A stretch of 64,000 nucleotides of DNA, from the NCBI GenBank assembly GCA_943787465.1, contig CALSMN010000002.1, positions 1,727-65,726 on the forward strand, read 5' to 3'. The notes under the pieces are model-generated. The model was given only the letters and a program-made list of their open reading frames with translations. It did no database searches and was not told the origin of the DNA. The position numbers and the translations under genes are program-made. This document shows positions 1 through 9,824 of the stretch, in pieces (positions within the stretch are counted from its first letter, which is position 1; every line of letters starts with the position of its first letter). This DNA comes from an uncultured Bacteroidia bacterium (lineage in GTDB: Bacteria; Bacteroidota; Bacteroidia; NS11-12g; UBA9320).

Positions 1-837
1 CCAATTGATATAGACTCATTAGAAGTAAATCAAACCTACACACTTCATACTGATGGCAGAGTAAAGGTGAAACCCTTGTTCTTTTAAAATATTTCTTACT
101 GATAGCTATATCTATATATTATTGTGCTCAGATTTTTAATATGCTCTTTTAGTCTATAAAATTCACAAATACGGTGCACCATAGAGGGGGTAACACCCTT
201 TTGAGATTTAGCTGGGGAGCAGAATAGTAGCAGGGGGAGAGAGCTTAGGATAAAAAGCAGGATTCCCTTTTTTAAGTCAATTATTTTCCTTATATTGTAT
301 ATATACAAGGATTAGAAAATCTTTTTATAAACTCAATTTTGGACGGAAAAATTAACGGTAGCAAAGTTGTTTTATGAGTTACTACGGGATTTGTGCAAAG
401 CTCAGGAATGGCACTAAGAAGAGAGTTCCAAGCACAACAGGTGATTAAACACCTGATAGTTGTCTTCAATCTAAGTGGCTTTAATGTTCCAACTTAGACA
501 CTTTGGGGAAGAAGCATAAACTTCAAGCCTTTAAAAGTGGGTGATCCCAGTACCTGCAAAAACAGTGCTGCTAGGATTACTCACTCTTCACTTGAGAAAA
601 TAGCATATAAGGAAATTAATATCTGAGTTGAATATCACAGATACTGCAATAATAACTTTTGCTATAACTATGTTTAAAAACTAGGTGTTTAATTCAGAAG
701 CTAATACACTATCCACTATTCACTTACTACGTTTAGACTGATAAGCCTTGCTTTAGAAAGATTAGAGATGACTTTTCTGTTAAGCTTCCTAAGGGTTTTT
801 TGATAACTTTGTTTGCTAGCAGCAACTTAAACTATAA

Positions 838-3216
838 ATGAACAAACAAAGCCTTAGTGAAAGAGATATTTGTTCCAAGTATATCAATCCATCAATAGAG
901 AAAAGTGGATGGGATATAAGAAGACAGGTAAGAGAAGAATTCTCATTTACTGACGGAAGAGATTATTGTTCAAGGTCAATTACATACAAGAGGTAAAAGA
1001 AAAAGAGCTGATTATATTCTTTACTATAAACCGAATGTTCCAATAGCAATTATTGAAGCCAAGGACAACAATCACAATGTTGGTGACGGTATGCAGCAAG
1101 CATTGGAGTACTCTGAAATCCTTGATATCCCTTTTGTATTCACCTCAAATGGTGACAGTTTTTTATTTCATGATAAAACTATTTCAGAAGGAGTCATTGA
1201 AAGAGAAATTTCTTTAGATGATTTCCCAAGTCCTGAACACCTCTGGGCCAAATATTTAAGCCATACGGGTGCTCATAATGAAGAAGTTAAAAAGATAATA
1301 GAACAAGATTATTTTGCGGATGACAGCGGTATGTCCCCTAGATATTACCAGCAAAATGCCATCAATAGGACTGTTGAAGCAGTGGCCAAAGGTCAAGATA
1401 GAATCATATTGGTAATGGCAACTGGTACAGGTAAAACCTATACAGCTTTTAATATTATTTGGAGGCTTTGGAAAAGTCAGACCAAGAAAAGAATCCTATT
1501 TTTAGCAGATAGAAATGCATTATTAACGCAGACTAAGAATGGAGATTTTTTCTCCTTTTGGTAATGACATAATGCATATTATTAAAAATAGAAAGATTGA
1601 CAAGTCCTATCAAATTTATTTTGCCTTATACCAGGGATTAACAGGAACTGAAGAATCTCAAAATGCCTATAAAGAGTTTAGTCCAGACTTTTTTGATCTA
1701 ATTGTTATTGATGAGTGGTCATAGAGGAAGTGCTTCTGAAGCATCTGCCTGGAGAGAAGTTTTAGATTATTTCAGTAATGCAACTCAGATTGGACTAACC
1801 GCAACACCAAAGGAAACTAAGGATGTTTCAAACATGGCATACTTTGGTGAGCCAATATATACTTACAGCCTAAAACAAGGAATTGAAGATGGTTTGTTAG
1901 CACCTTACAAAGTGGTTAGAATTAATATGGATGTTGATGAAGGTTGGAGACCAACTAGCGGTCTCAGGGATAAGTATGGTAATACCGTAGAGGATAGAAT
2001 CTACAACCTAAAAGATTATGATAGGAATCTAGTTATTGCTGGCAGGACAGAAGCAGTAGCAAAGAAGATTACTGAGTACCTCAAAGCTACAGACAGATTT
2101 GCAAAGACCATCATATTCTGTACAGATATAGATCACGCTAACAGAATGAGGCAAGCATTGATTAATGAGAATGCTGATCTAGTGGCAAAGCATTGGAATT
2201 ACTGCGTAAAGATTACAGGTGATGATGATGTAGGAAAAAGAGAACTAGATAATTTCACAGATGTGGAAGAACGGTTCCCTGTTATTGCTACTACATCTAA
2301 AATGCTTACTACAGGGATTGATACTAAAATGGTGAAGTTTATTGTGCTAGAATCTAATATTGGTTCTATGACTGAGTTTAAGCAGATTATTGGGGCGTGG
2401 CACAAGAATTAGAGAAAATGATGGAAAGGTGTTTTTTACAGTTATGGACTTTAGAAAAGCAACTAATCACTTTGCTGATCCTGATTTTGATGGAGACCCT
2501 GTACAGATATATAATCCAGAGATTGATGATCCTATTACGCCACCAGATGTTTCAGATGAGGACATTGAAGCACAAGGTTTAGACCCTGAGGAATTTGCAA
2601 ATCAATTAAGCAGCACTCCTAATATATCAATGGATACAGATGAAACTGAGATCAAGAAGTATTATGTAGATAATGTTAAAGTTTCAGTGGCCTCAGAACG
2701 TGTTCAATACTATGGCAAAGACGGTAAGCTCATTACAGAATCTTTAAAACAATATTCTAAAGATAATATCCTCAGAGAGTATACTACTCTGAGTGGATTT
2801 AAGGAGAAATGGAATAACACTTCCAAAAAAGAAGAATTAATATCTGAGCTAGCTGAAAATGGCATTTTTATAGAAGCATTAAGAGAAGAAGTGGGATATG
2901 ATATTGATGCATTTGATTTAATCTGCCATATTGCATTTGATCAACCTCCTCTTACCAGAAAAGAGAGAGCAGATAATGTCAAGAAGAGGAACTACTTCGC
3001 TAAGTATGGGGGACAAGCAAGAGAGGTCTTAGAGAGCCTCTTAGAGAAGTATGTGAAAGATGGTGTTGCATCTATAGAAGATGGCTCAGTGCTCAAGCTA
3101 ACACCTCCTCTCTCGAGCTTGGGAGTCCTGTTGAGCTGGTTAGAGCTTTTGGTAAAAAAGTAGATTATGAAGATGCCGTTCAAGAATTAGAAAAAGAAAT
3201 ATATAGAATAGCCTAA
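838..3216 (+). pseudogene. hsdR: Type I restriction enzyme R subunit (HsdR), disrupted by at least five frameshifts
   Basis: ATG 838 gives MNKQSLSERDICSKYINPSIEKSGW, which breaks after FTDGR (~960) and resumes as [35 protein letters not shown] in the next frame. Track ORFs 1091-1564, 1539-1724, 1702-2412 and 2390-3163 are consecutive pieces. Helicase motif I is [13 protein letters not shown]|SPFGND is split at the T6 run 1546-1551. Motif II LIVIDE|(C)HRGS is split by an extra g at ~1717. LTATP is present. IIG|RGTRI is split at gggg 2393-2396. The last piece shifts frame at ~3110 and reads ELGSPVELVRAFG...EKEIYRIA to TAA 3214-3216. Confidence 0.9.
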
Positions 3217-3217
3217 T

Positions 3218-5360
3218 ATGAAAATATCACAGATCTTAGATAAAATTGATGAGAAACAATTATTTGTCCCTGCATTTCAGAGAGAATACGTTTGGAAGAA
3301 GGCAGATGCCAAAAATTTAATTGCATCTCTAATAAGAGACTATCCAACTGGGACAATGTTGACGTGGGACACAAATCACCCTCCTGAATTAAAAGGGGAT
3401 TATAAATATGACCCTAAACAAGGATCCGTGAAAATTTTACTGGACGGCCAAACAACGCGATCACCACCCTATACATGTTGATGACAGGTAATATTCCTCC
3501 TTACTATAAGGATCATGAAATTCGTCAGGATATTAGAGGATTGTACATAAATTTAGAAACTTCAGCACTGGAGTACTACAAAGCAACAATTATGGGCAAA
3601 GATCCTTTATGGGTTAACCTAACTGATGTTTTTTTAGGGAAAATTAGATTTAGAGATGTAATTGATAAACTGGAAAATAAACAGAATGGGGAAAGAGTTC
3701 CCAGAGAAAGAGAAGATGTTATTGATGACAATTTTAGAGCAATTGAGAGAATAAAAGATAGAGATTTTCAAGAACAAATTATTCCTCCAAAGGCTAGTCT
3801 AAAGGAAGCTATTGATATATTTTACATTGTAAATGCTAGTGGCGTTAACTTAACAGATGCAGAATTGGCATTAGCTCAAATTTCAGGATATTGGCCTGAG
3901 GCAAGAGAGGTATTTAAGAAAAAACTTGTTGAATTAGAGAAAGGAGGCATAATTCTAAAGCTAGATCATATTATTTACATCCTACTAGCAATTGCTCATA
4001 AGATGGGTAGTAAGCTAGATAGATGACACGATGGCAGTAACAAAGAAAATATTCAAGAGATATGGCGTAGACTAGATAATGATGTGCTTGACTATGTTTT
4101 TAACCTTATGAAGAGTCAGGCCTATATTGATCACACAAAAGAAGTAAATACCAACTTTGCTTTTATCCCAATTATAGTTTATGCATATAATAAGGGAGTG
4201 AAAAATTGAACCAAGAAGAAGTAAAGAAAATTGTAAAGTGGTTCTATTACTCACAAATTAGACAGCGTTATATTAGCCAACTACAATCTAAACTAGATAA
4301 AGACGTTGGCATCATTTGGAATGAAAGTAATCCATTTGATAAGCTCCTTAATATCATTGCAGCAGAAAGACCTTTGGAGATTCACAAAGATGAATTTGTT
4401 GGATCAGGAGTACAGGCACAGCACTTTATGGTTTAATGCGTTTTTACTTTAAAAGCAAGGGGGCCGTATGTTTAAGTACAGGCATTAACATCCGTAAGAA
4501 TATGGGGAAAAAATATGAGCTTGAATCTGACCACATTTTCCCTTATTCTATCCTAAAAAAGAACGGATACAGTAGAAATAATAGCAGAAAATATAGCTTA
4601 GCTCAGGAGATGACCAATAGGGCTATATTAACTCAAACTGCCAACAGAAAAAAGACGAACCATCTTGCAGAAGACTACCTAGCAAATGTAGCTGAGCAGT
4701 TTCCAAACTCTCTTAAGACTTCAATGTATTCCTGAAGATAAAGAGTTATGGAAGCTAGAAAATTATGAGCTTTTTTTAGATGCAAGAAGGACCTTATTGG
4801 CTAAGGAGCTCAATGAGTTTTTAAGCAACATCACTGTTACTTCAGATGAGAACGTAGATACTGATTTGATTGGATTAATTAAAGAGGGTGAAAATAGTGG
4901 TGTTGAATTTAAAACCACAATGCGCTATGATATGAGGGAAAATAAGGTAAATAAGAAGCTTGAAGAAGTTATTCTTAAAACCATAGCTGCATTTTCTAAT
5001 GCTGAAGGGGGAACTTTAGTCATGGGAGTTGATGATGATCAAAATATTATTGGACTAGAGAATGATTATAGGACGCTCAAAAATGGAACAAAAGATGAAT
5101 TTGAGTTACACTTAAGAAATTTAGTTAATAATGCATACGGAGTTGAGTTTGCAACAAACAGCTTAACAGTGTTATTCCCAGAAGTTGAAGATACAGAGAT
5201 TTGCACTGTTGAAATTAAACAAGGGCTGAAGCCATTGTATTCTGAAGTATCTGATAAAAATGGAAATAAGAGCAAGAAATTTTATGTGAGAAGTGGGAAT
5301 TCATCACAAGAAATAGACATTACAGAAGTAGCAAGCTACGTTAATCAAAGATTTGAATAA
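3218..5360 (+). pseudogene. DUF262 (ParB-like nuclease) / DUF1524 (His-Me finger) GmrSD-like protein fused to a C-terminal AlbA_2/Schlafen-type domain, disrupted
   Basis: The N-terminus is MKISQILDKIDEKQLFVPAFQREYVWKK (DUF262 signature FQR-Y-W). LLDGQ|QRITTLYML is broken by two single-base insertions at ~3448-3460. There is an in-frame TGA at 4024-4026. Frameshifts lie at ~4201-4206 (A-run), ~4415-4420 and ~4715-4730. ELESDHIFPYS...NRAILTQTANRKK is DUF1524-like. The reading continues IPEDKELWKLENYELFLDARRTLLAKELNEFL straight into track ORF 4797-5360, where GENSGVEFKTT...AFSNAEGGTLVMGVDD is AlbA_2-like. Confidence 0.75.
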
Positions 5361-5366
5361 AGACAG

Positions 5367-6798
5367 ATGAGTAATATAACAGCTAATATAAAAGGGATCC
5401 GTGATGTCATGCGTAAAGACACAGGAGTAGATGGAGATGCACAACGTATCTCACAAATGGTGTGGATGTTGTTCATGAAAATATTTGCAGATAAAGAAGA
5501 AGAATGGGATTTGACCATTGAAGGATATCAAAGCCCAATTCCTGAAAAGTTAAAATGGCAAAACTGGGCCTCTGATGATGAAGGACTCACTGGTGATGCA
5601 TTGATGGAGTTTGTAAACAATGAACTCTTCCCTACTCTACAAAATTTGGACATCAGTTTTAGCCCACAAGCTAGAATTATCCGTTCTGTATTTGATGATA
5701 CTTACAACTTCATGAAGAACGGAACACTGTTCCGTCAGGTGATCAATGAGATAGACAAGATTGACTTTAACAGCAGTACTGAAAGACACTGTGTTCAATG
5801 ACCTTTATGAAACTATCCTTAAAGAGATTGCAATCTGCAGGAAGTGCAGGAGAGTTCTATACCCCAAGAGGAGTTACACAGTTTATGGTAGACATTATCA
5901 ATCCTCAGTTAGGAGAAAGTGTTATGATATGGCCTGTGGTACTGGTGGTTTTTTAACATGTAGTATTGAGCATTTAAGAAATCAAGTAAAGACAGCAGAG
6001 GATAGAGACATTCTTCAAAAGTCTATTAGAGGTATAGAGAAAAAACCGTTCCCTCATTTGTTGTGTACTACCAATCTCATGTTGCATGGTTTTGATTTGC
6101 CTGCAGTGCGTAGAGACAACCTGTTGAGCAAGCCTTATGCTGATTGGGGTAAAAATGATAGAGTTGATATTATATTGATGAACCCTCCTTTTGGTGGTGT
6201 GGAGGAAGATGGGACTGAAACCAACTTCCCTAGTAAGTTTAGAACTAAAGAGACAGCAGATTTATTCTTGGCATTGATTATCAAGATGATGAAAGATGGA
6301 GGACGTTGTGCAGTAGTTTTGCCTGATGGAACATTGTTTGGTGAAGGCGTGAAAACACGTATCAAAGAGGAGTTGATGGAGAAATGCAACCTACACACTA
6401 TTGTAAGATTACCTAATGGAGTATTTAACCCTTATACAAGTATTAAGACCAACCTGTTATTCTTTGATAAAGGAACACCTACAAAAGATGTTTGGTACTA
6501 TGAGCATCCATATCCTGAAGGATACAAAAGCTACAACAAGAGTAAACCTATTACAGTAAAAGAGTTTGATGCAGAAAAAGCATGGTGGAATAACCGTGAA
6601 GAGAACCAATATGCTTGGAAAGTTTCTGCTGAGGAGATAAAAGAAAGAGGATATAATTTGGATATCAAGAACCCTCATCAAGAAGCTGATACACTTGGTA
6701 CTCCTGAAGAAATATTAGAGCAATACCGTACTACAGAAAATAAGATAAGCTCTATACAAGATGAGATTATAAAAGTATTAACTGAAGCATTGAGTTAA
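5367..6798 (+). pseudogene. hsdM: Type I restriction-modification N6-adenine DNA methyltransferase (HsdM), disrupted by three frameshifts
   Basis: The HsdM-type N-terminus is MSNITANIKGIRDVMRKDTGVDGDAQRISQMVWMLFMKIF. The frame changes at ~5795, ~5826 and ~5925. The middle frame reads LQSAGSAGEFYTPRGVTQFMVDIINPQLGESV, followed by ACGTGGFL (SAM motif I) and the catalytic NPPFGG in ORF 5761-6798. Confidence 0.9.
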
Positions 6799-6799
6799 T

Positions 6800-8551
6800 A
6801 TGAAGTTACTATCATTACTCAAAGAACTGAGCCTGCATCCTAAAAATGCGGAAGAACTTAAAGGGCTAATATTGCAGTTAGCTGTTGAAGGAAAATTAAC
6901 CGCTAATTGGAGACAAGAGAATCCAAATATCTCTACTCAAGTTGATAAATTGAGCTAGTGCCTTTAAAATGACCTCAGAAGAATTATCTGAGCATAGTTT
7001 AAGTATTATTGAGCTAGATATTCCTAAATCATGGATAAAGGCAAAGTTTTCAGTAGTTTTTGATATGAAGGGTGGGTCTCAGCCTCCAAAATCTAATTTT
7101 ATTGACAACCCAAAAGAAGGATATGTACAGCTATATCAAATACGTGATTTTGGTAAAAAACCTCAACCTGTTTATGTCCAGTAGAAAGTGTATCTAAGTT
7201 ATGCACAACAGAAGATATCATGATTGGAAGGTATGGCGCTTCAATTGGTAAAGTTTTCTACGGAAAAGATGGGGCATATAATGTTGCTCTTGTAAAGTTA
7301 ATTTGGGACAATAATATATTGCTTCAAGACTTTGTTTATCAAATGTTCTCAGCTAGAATCATTCAAGAATTTTTTCAAAACTGTACAAGATCTGCTCAGG
7401 CAGGGTTCAATAAAACAGATATGGGTAAATTAAATATTACTTTACCCCCACTAGAAGAGCAAAAAGCCATAGTAGAAGTAGTCAACCAGTTGTTTACAGA
7501 AGTAGAGCAATTAGAAGAGCTTACCAAAGAACGTATTTCCCTTAAAGAAGACTTTGTTACTTCTGCATTAAGAAGGCTAACAGAAACAGACAATACCACA
7601 CAAGAGTGGAATTATCTGCAACAACACTTTTCAAGTTTTTTTACAGAAAAGAAAAACATTAAAAGTTTAAGGGAAACCATATTGCAGTTAGCCGTTCAAG
7701 GTAAACTCACTGCTCAATGGAGAGCAGGCCAACCCTTCTGCACAGAACCTGCTTCTGAGCTCCTAAAGCGCATTGAAGCTGAGAAGCAACAGCTCATAGT
7801 TGCAGTGAAGAAGATCAAGAAGGATAAGCTCATTAACCTCCTGTAGAAGACGAGGATAAGTCCTTATGATTTACCTCATGGCTGGGCTTGGTGTAGATTG
7901 AAGGCTGACAGGCTCCACTCTTCAGGAGGATGGTGCACCCTCAGAGGGAAAATCAACTTACCCTTCGGATGGTCACTATTCCTTGGGTCAGGAATCCCGT
8001 TTATTACGGCTATGAAGACCTGGGTGTTACATTCTTAATGATTCTCAGGACAAAGTTACAACTGGATAGGAGCTGAGGAACTCCAGCGCTTTGCTCTTTC
8101 CTAAGTAGCGGGCAAGTTGAAATGGTTGATATTGTTGGTAGTGTCTGAGAGGCTCTTTAGAAAGTAACTATGTCCAGTATCTGTTAAGCAAGGAATATGA
8201 TACTGGTAGCCAAGATCTTAAAGCTTCTTCTTCCTATGTTTAGTGACAGTATTGTCTGATATATAGTAGCGCTTGGTTTACTGAAGCTATGGTTTAGGGA
8301 GCCCTTTAAAGGATTTTGGAAATGATTCTGAGACATGATACTGTGCACTGCACTTGCCAAACCTATTCAGCAACTGACGTTGAGACATTATGACCTATTC
8401 CCACTTCCCCCTCTAAGAAGAGCAACAAGCAATAGTAGAGAAAGTAAACTCCCTCATGGCTTTATGTGATGAGCTAGAGCAACAAGTAGATAATAGTCAA
8501 TCCCAAATAGAGCAACTGATGCAAAGTTGTTTAAAAGAAGTGTTTGCATAA
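6800..8551 (+). pseudogene. hsdS: Type I restriction-modification specificity subunit (HsdS), heavily degraded
   Basis: ATG 6800 lies 1 nt after the hsdM stop. MKLLSLLKELSLHPKNAEELKGLILQLAVEGKLTANWR runs to TAG 6956-6958. Pieces 6969-7184 and 7220-7846 carry TRD1 and the central conserved helix (PPLEEQKAIV...ILQLAVQGKLTAQWR). PYDLPHGWAWCRL (~7863) starts TRD2, which has no ORF >60 aa. The C-terminal helix PLPPLEEQQAIVEKVNSLMALCDELEQQV...LMQSCLKEVFA ends at TAA 8549-8551. Confidence 0.85.
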
Positions 8552-8566
8552 TAATCTATTAGATTA

Positions 8567-8588
8567 ACTGCCTCAGCACTGCCAGAAA
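8567..8588 (+). repeat. 22-bp direct repeat, copy 1 (actgcctcagcactgccagaaa)
   Basis: It matches 8677-8698 exactly and contains an internal duplicated ctgcc/cactgcc. It lies in the 240-bp spacer between the hsdS remnant and the tRNA-Asn terminator. Confidence 0.8.
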
Positions 8589-8676
8589 TAGGTGTAAAAG
8601 TCTATCTAATCTTAAAAAAATGGAGTTGTAATAATGTGGTAATGCCTTAAACAAAAAATTCAAGTATTACAAAATC

Positions 8677-8698
8677 ACTGCCTCAGCACTGCCAGAAA
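8677..8698 (+). repeat. 22-bp direct repeat, copy 2
   Basis: It matches 8567-8588 exactly, 110 bp downstream of copy 1. Confidence 0.8.
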
Positions 8699-8746
8699 AG
8701 ACTTAAAAAGTGTATATTTGAGATTGTGTAAAACACAGGTAGTTGA

Positions 8747-8783
8747 AATAAAAAAACCCTAAACTATTACTAGTAAAGGGTTT
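8747..8783 (-). terminator. Intrinsic terminator downstream of tRNA-Asn
   Basis: The 7-bp stem is aaaccct (8754-8760) / agggttt (8777-8783) with a 16-nt loop. On the minus strand it is followed by a U-run (plus-strand a-run ending at 8756). Confidence 0.55.
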
Positions 8784-8789
8784 AAGTAG

Positions 8790-8863
8790 CGCCCTCACCT
8801 GGACTCGAACCAGGGACCTATTGATTAACAGTCAACCGCTCTAACCAGCTGAGCTATGAAGGC
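8790..8863 (-). tRNA. tRNA-Asn (anticodon GTT)
   Basis: The reverse complement reads GCCTTCATAGCTCAGCTGGTTAGAGCGGTTGACTGTTAATCAATAGGTCCCTGGTTCGAGTCCAGGTGAGGGCG. It has a 7-bp acceptor stem GCCTTCA/TGAGGGC, D-loop AGCTCAGCTGGTTAGAGC, anticodon stem GTTGA/TCAAT with loop CTGTTAA, and T-arm GGTTCGAGTCC. CCA is not encoded. Confidence 0.93.
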
Positions 8864-8953
8864 ATTTAACTTTTAAAAACGGTGAAGAATACTTTCTTTA
8901 AAAGCGACTGCAAAAATAGATTTTTACTTTAAACGAAAAATAATTTTTATAAA

Positions 8954-9715
8954 TTATTTTGGTACAAGACTACAACTGCCTAATCCTTCTACTTTAGCCG
9001 TTATTTTTTTGCCTTTTTCTACAAATACGGCTGGGGTAGCAGCTCCTGCCAATAGGATATTCCCCTTTAAAAAAGGTTGGTGGTATTTGGTAGCAAGTCG
9101 TGAAGCATTACAAATAGATAAGAATGGATTGTCCAAAATGGCATTGCTGGTGTCTTGTTCCTTAATTTCTTGGTCAAAAAGTAGTGACATCGATAAATTA
9201 TTTAAGGATTTTGGAAGTGGTTGCCAGGCACCAATGACAAATCCAGATGAGGAACAGTTATCCGCAATTACGTCTTCTAAGGAAAATTTGAAATTTGAAA
9301 ATCGTGAATCAATAATTTCGATGGCTGGAGCACAAGCCAATACATAGTCAGATATTTCCGCTAAACTGATTTCTTTATCAATATCTTTCTTCAGTAAAAA
9401 AGCAATTTCGGGTTCTGCCCGAGGGTGGATAAATTGACCCATATCCATTTCTTCATTATGCTTAAGCCACATGGCATTAGTAAGTCTTCCCCAAATCATA
9501 TCGTGAACTCCCATTTGTTCCATTTTAGCAAATGAGGTAAATCCGAGTTTTAGCCCGACAAATTTTTCTCCTCGGGCGTAACGTTCCTCCATCGATAAAC
9601 GTTGAATCTCATAGGCTTGATCTTCAGAAAAAGTATATTCTTGACTAATCTGTGCTATCGCTTGAGCTTGGTTGGCTGCCTGATCTAGTTTTTGGGCTAT
9701 TGCGGTTACATTCAT
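8954..9715 (-). CDS. 2-keto-4-pentenoate hydratase / 4-oxalocrotonate decarboxylase-family (FAH-fold) protein
   Basis: The call is from ORF 8954-9922 trimmed to the internal Met (MNVTAIAQKLDQAANQ...). YEIQ..., GLKLGFTS, HPRAEPEIAF and IEIIDSRF are typical of MhpD/XylJ-like hydratases. The long N-terminal extension overlaps the divergent neighbour and its promoter. Confidence 0.7.
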   Translation of the reverse strand: MNVTAIAQKLDQAANQAQAIAQISQEYTFSEDQAYEIQRLSMEERYARGEKFVGLKLGFTSFAKMEQMGVHDMIWGRLTNAMWLKHNEEMDMGQFIHPRAEPEIAFLLKKDIDKEISLAEISDYVLACAPAIEIIDSRFSNFKFSLEDVIADNCSSSGFVIGAWQPLPKSLNNLSMSLLFDQEIKEQDTSNAILDNPFLSICNASRLATKYHQPFLKGNILLAGAATPAVFVEKGKKITAKVEGLGSCSLVPK

Positions 9716-9812
9716 GGTGCGAAAATAACCAATGCGTAAATAGAACTTTTGCCTTTGTGCATTATGGGGGATAAATACGTATAACATATGTCGTGTTTTA
9801 TCGGGATAGCCA

Positions 9813-9820
9813 TACTTTTG
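9813..9820 (+). promoter_or_regulatory. Bacteroidota-type -7 promoter box TACTTTTG
   Basis: It matches TAnnTTTG perfectly, 4 nt upstream of ATG 9825. Confidence 0.45.
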
Positions 9821-9824
9821 TTGG

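Noticed and set aside
1-87. Open frame from the window edge to TAA 85-87 (PIDIDSLEVNQTYTLHTDGRVKVKPLFF), possibly the 3' end of an upstream gene.
   Set aside because: It has only 28 codons and no recognisable motif, so it cannot be told apart from chance.
96-308. 70-aa minus-strand ORF from the track.
   Set aside because: It has no motif, odd composition, no promoter box and no partner genes. It lies in the decayed island flank and is most likely spurious or a remnant.
2199-3183. Short ORFs nested in or antisense to the hsdR pieces (2199-2405 minus, 2397-2582 plus, 2992-3183 minus). Similar nested ORFs occur throughout the window, for example 5066-5275, 6135-6398, 6457-6681, 7396-7599, 9009-9347, 14270-15132, 24945-25301, 30406-31275, 38500-38793, 51366-51893 and 54232-54553.
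   Set aside because: All lie inside or opposite much longer ORFs with strong family signatures, and their low-complexity translations are typical of shadow frames.
4024-4026. In-frame TGA inside the DUF262-family gene, considered as possible recoding (Sec or Trp).
   Set aside because: TGA is used as an ordinary stop by intact genes in the same window (mraZ, ftsI, the FAD oxidoreductase). The gene also carries several frameshifts, so this is plain nonsense decay.
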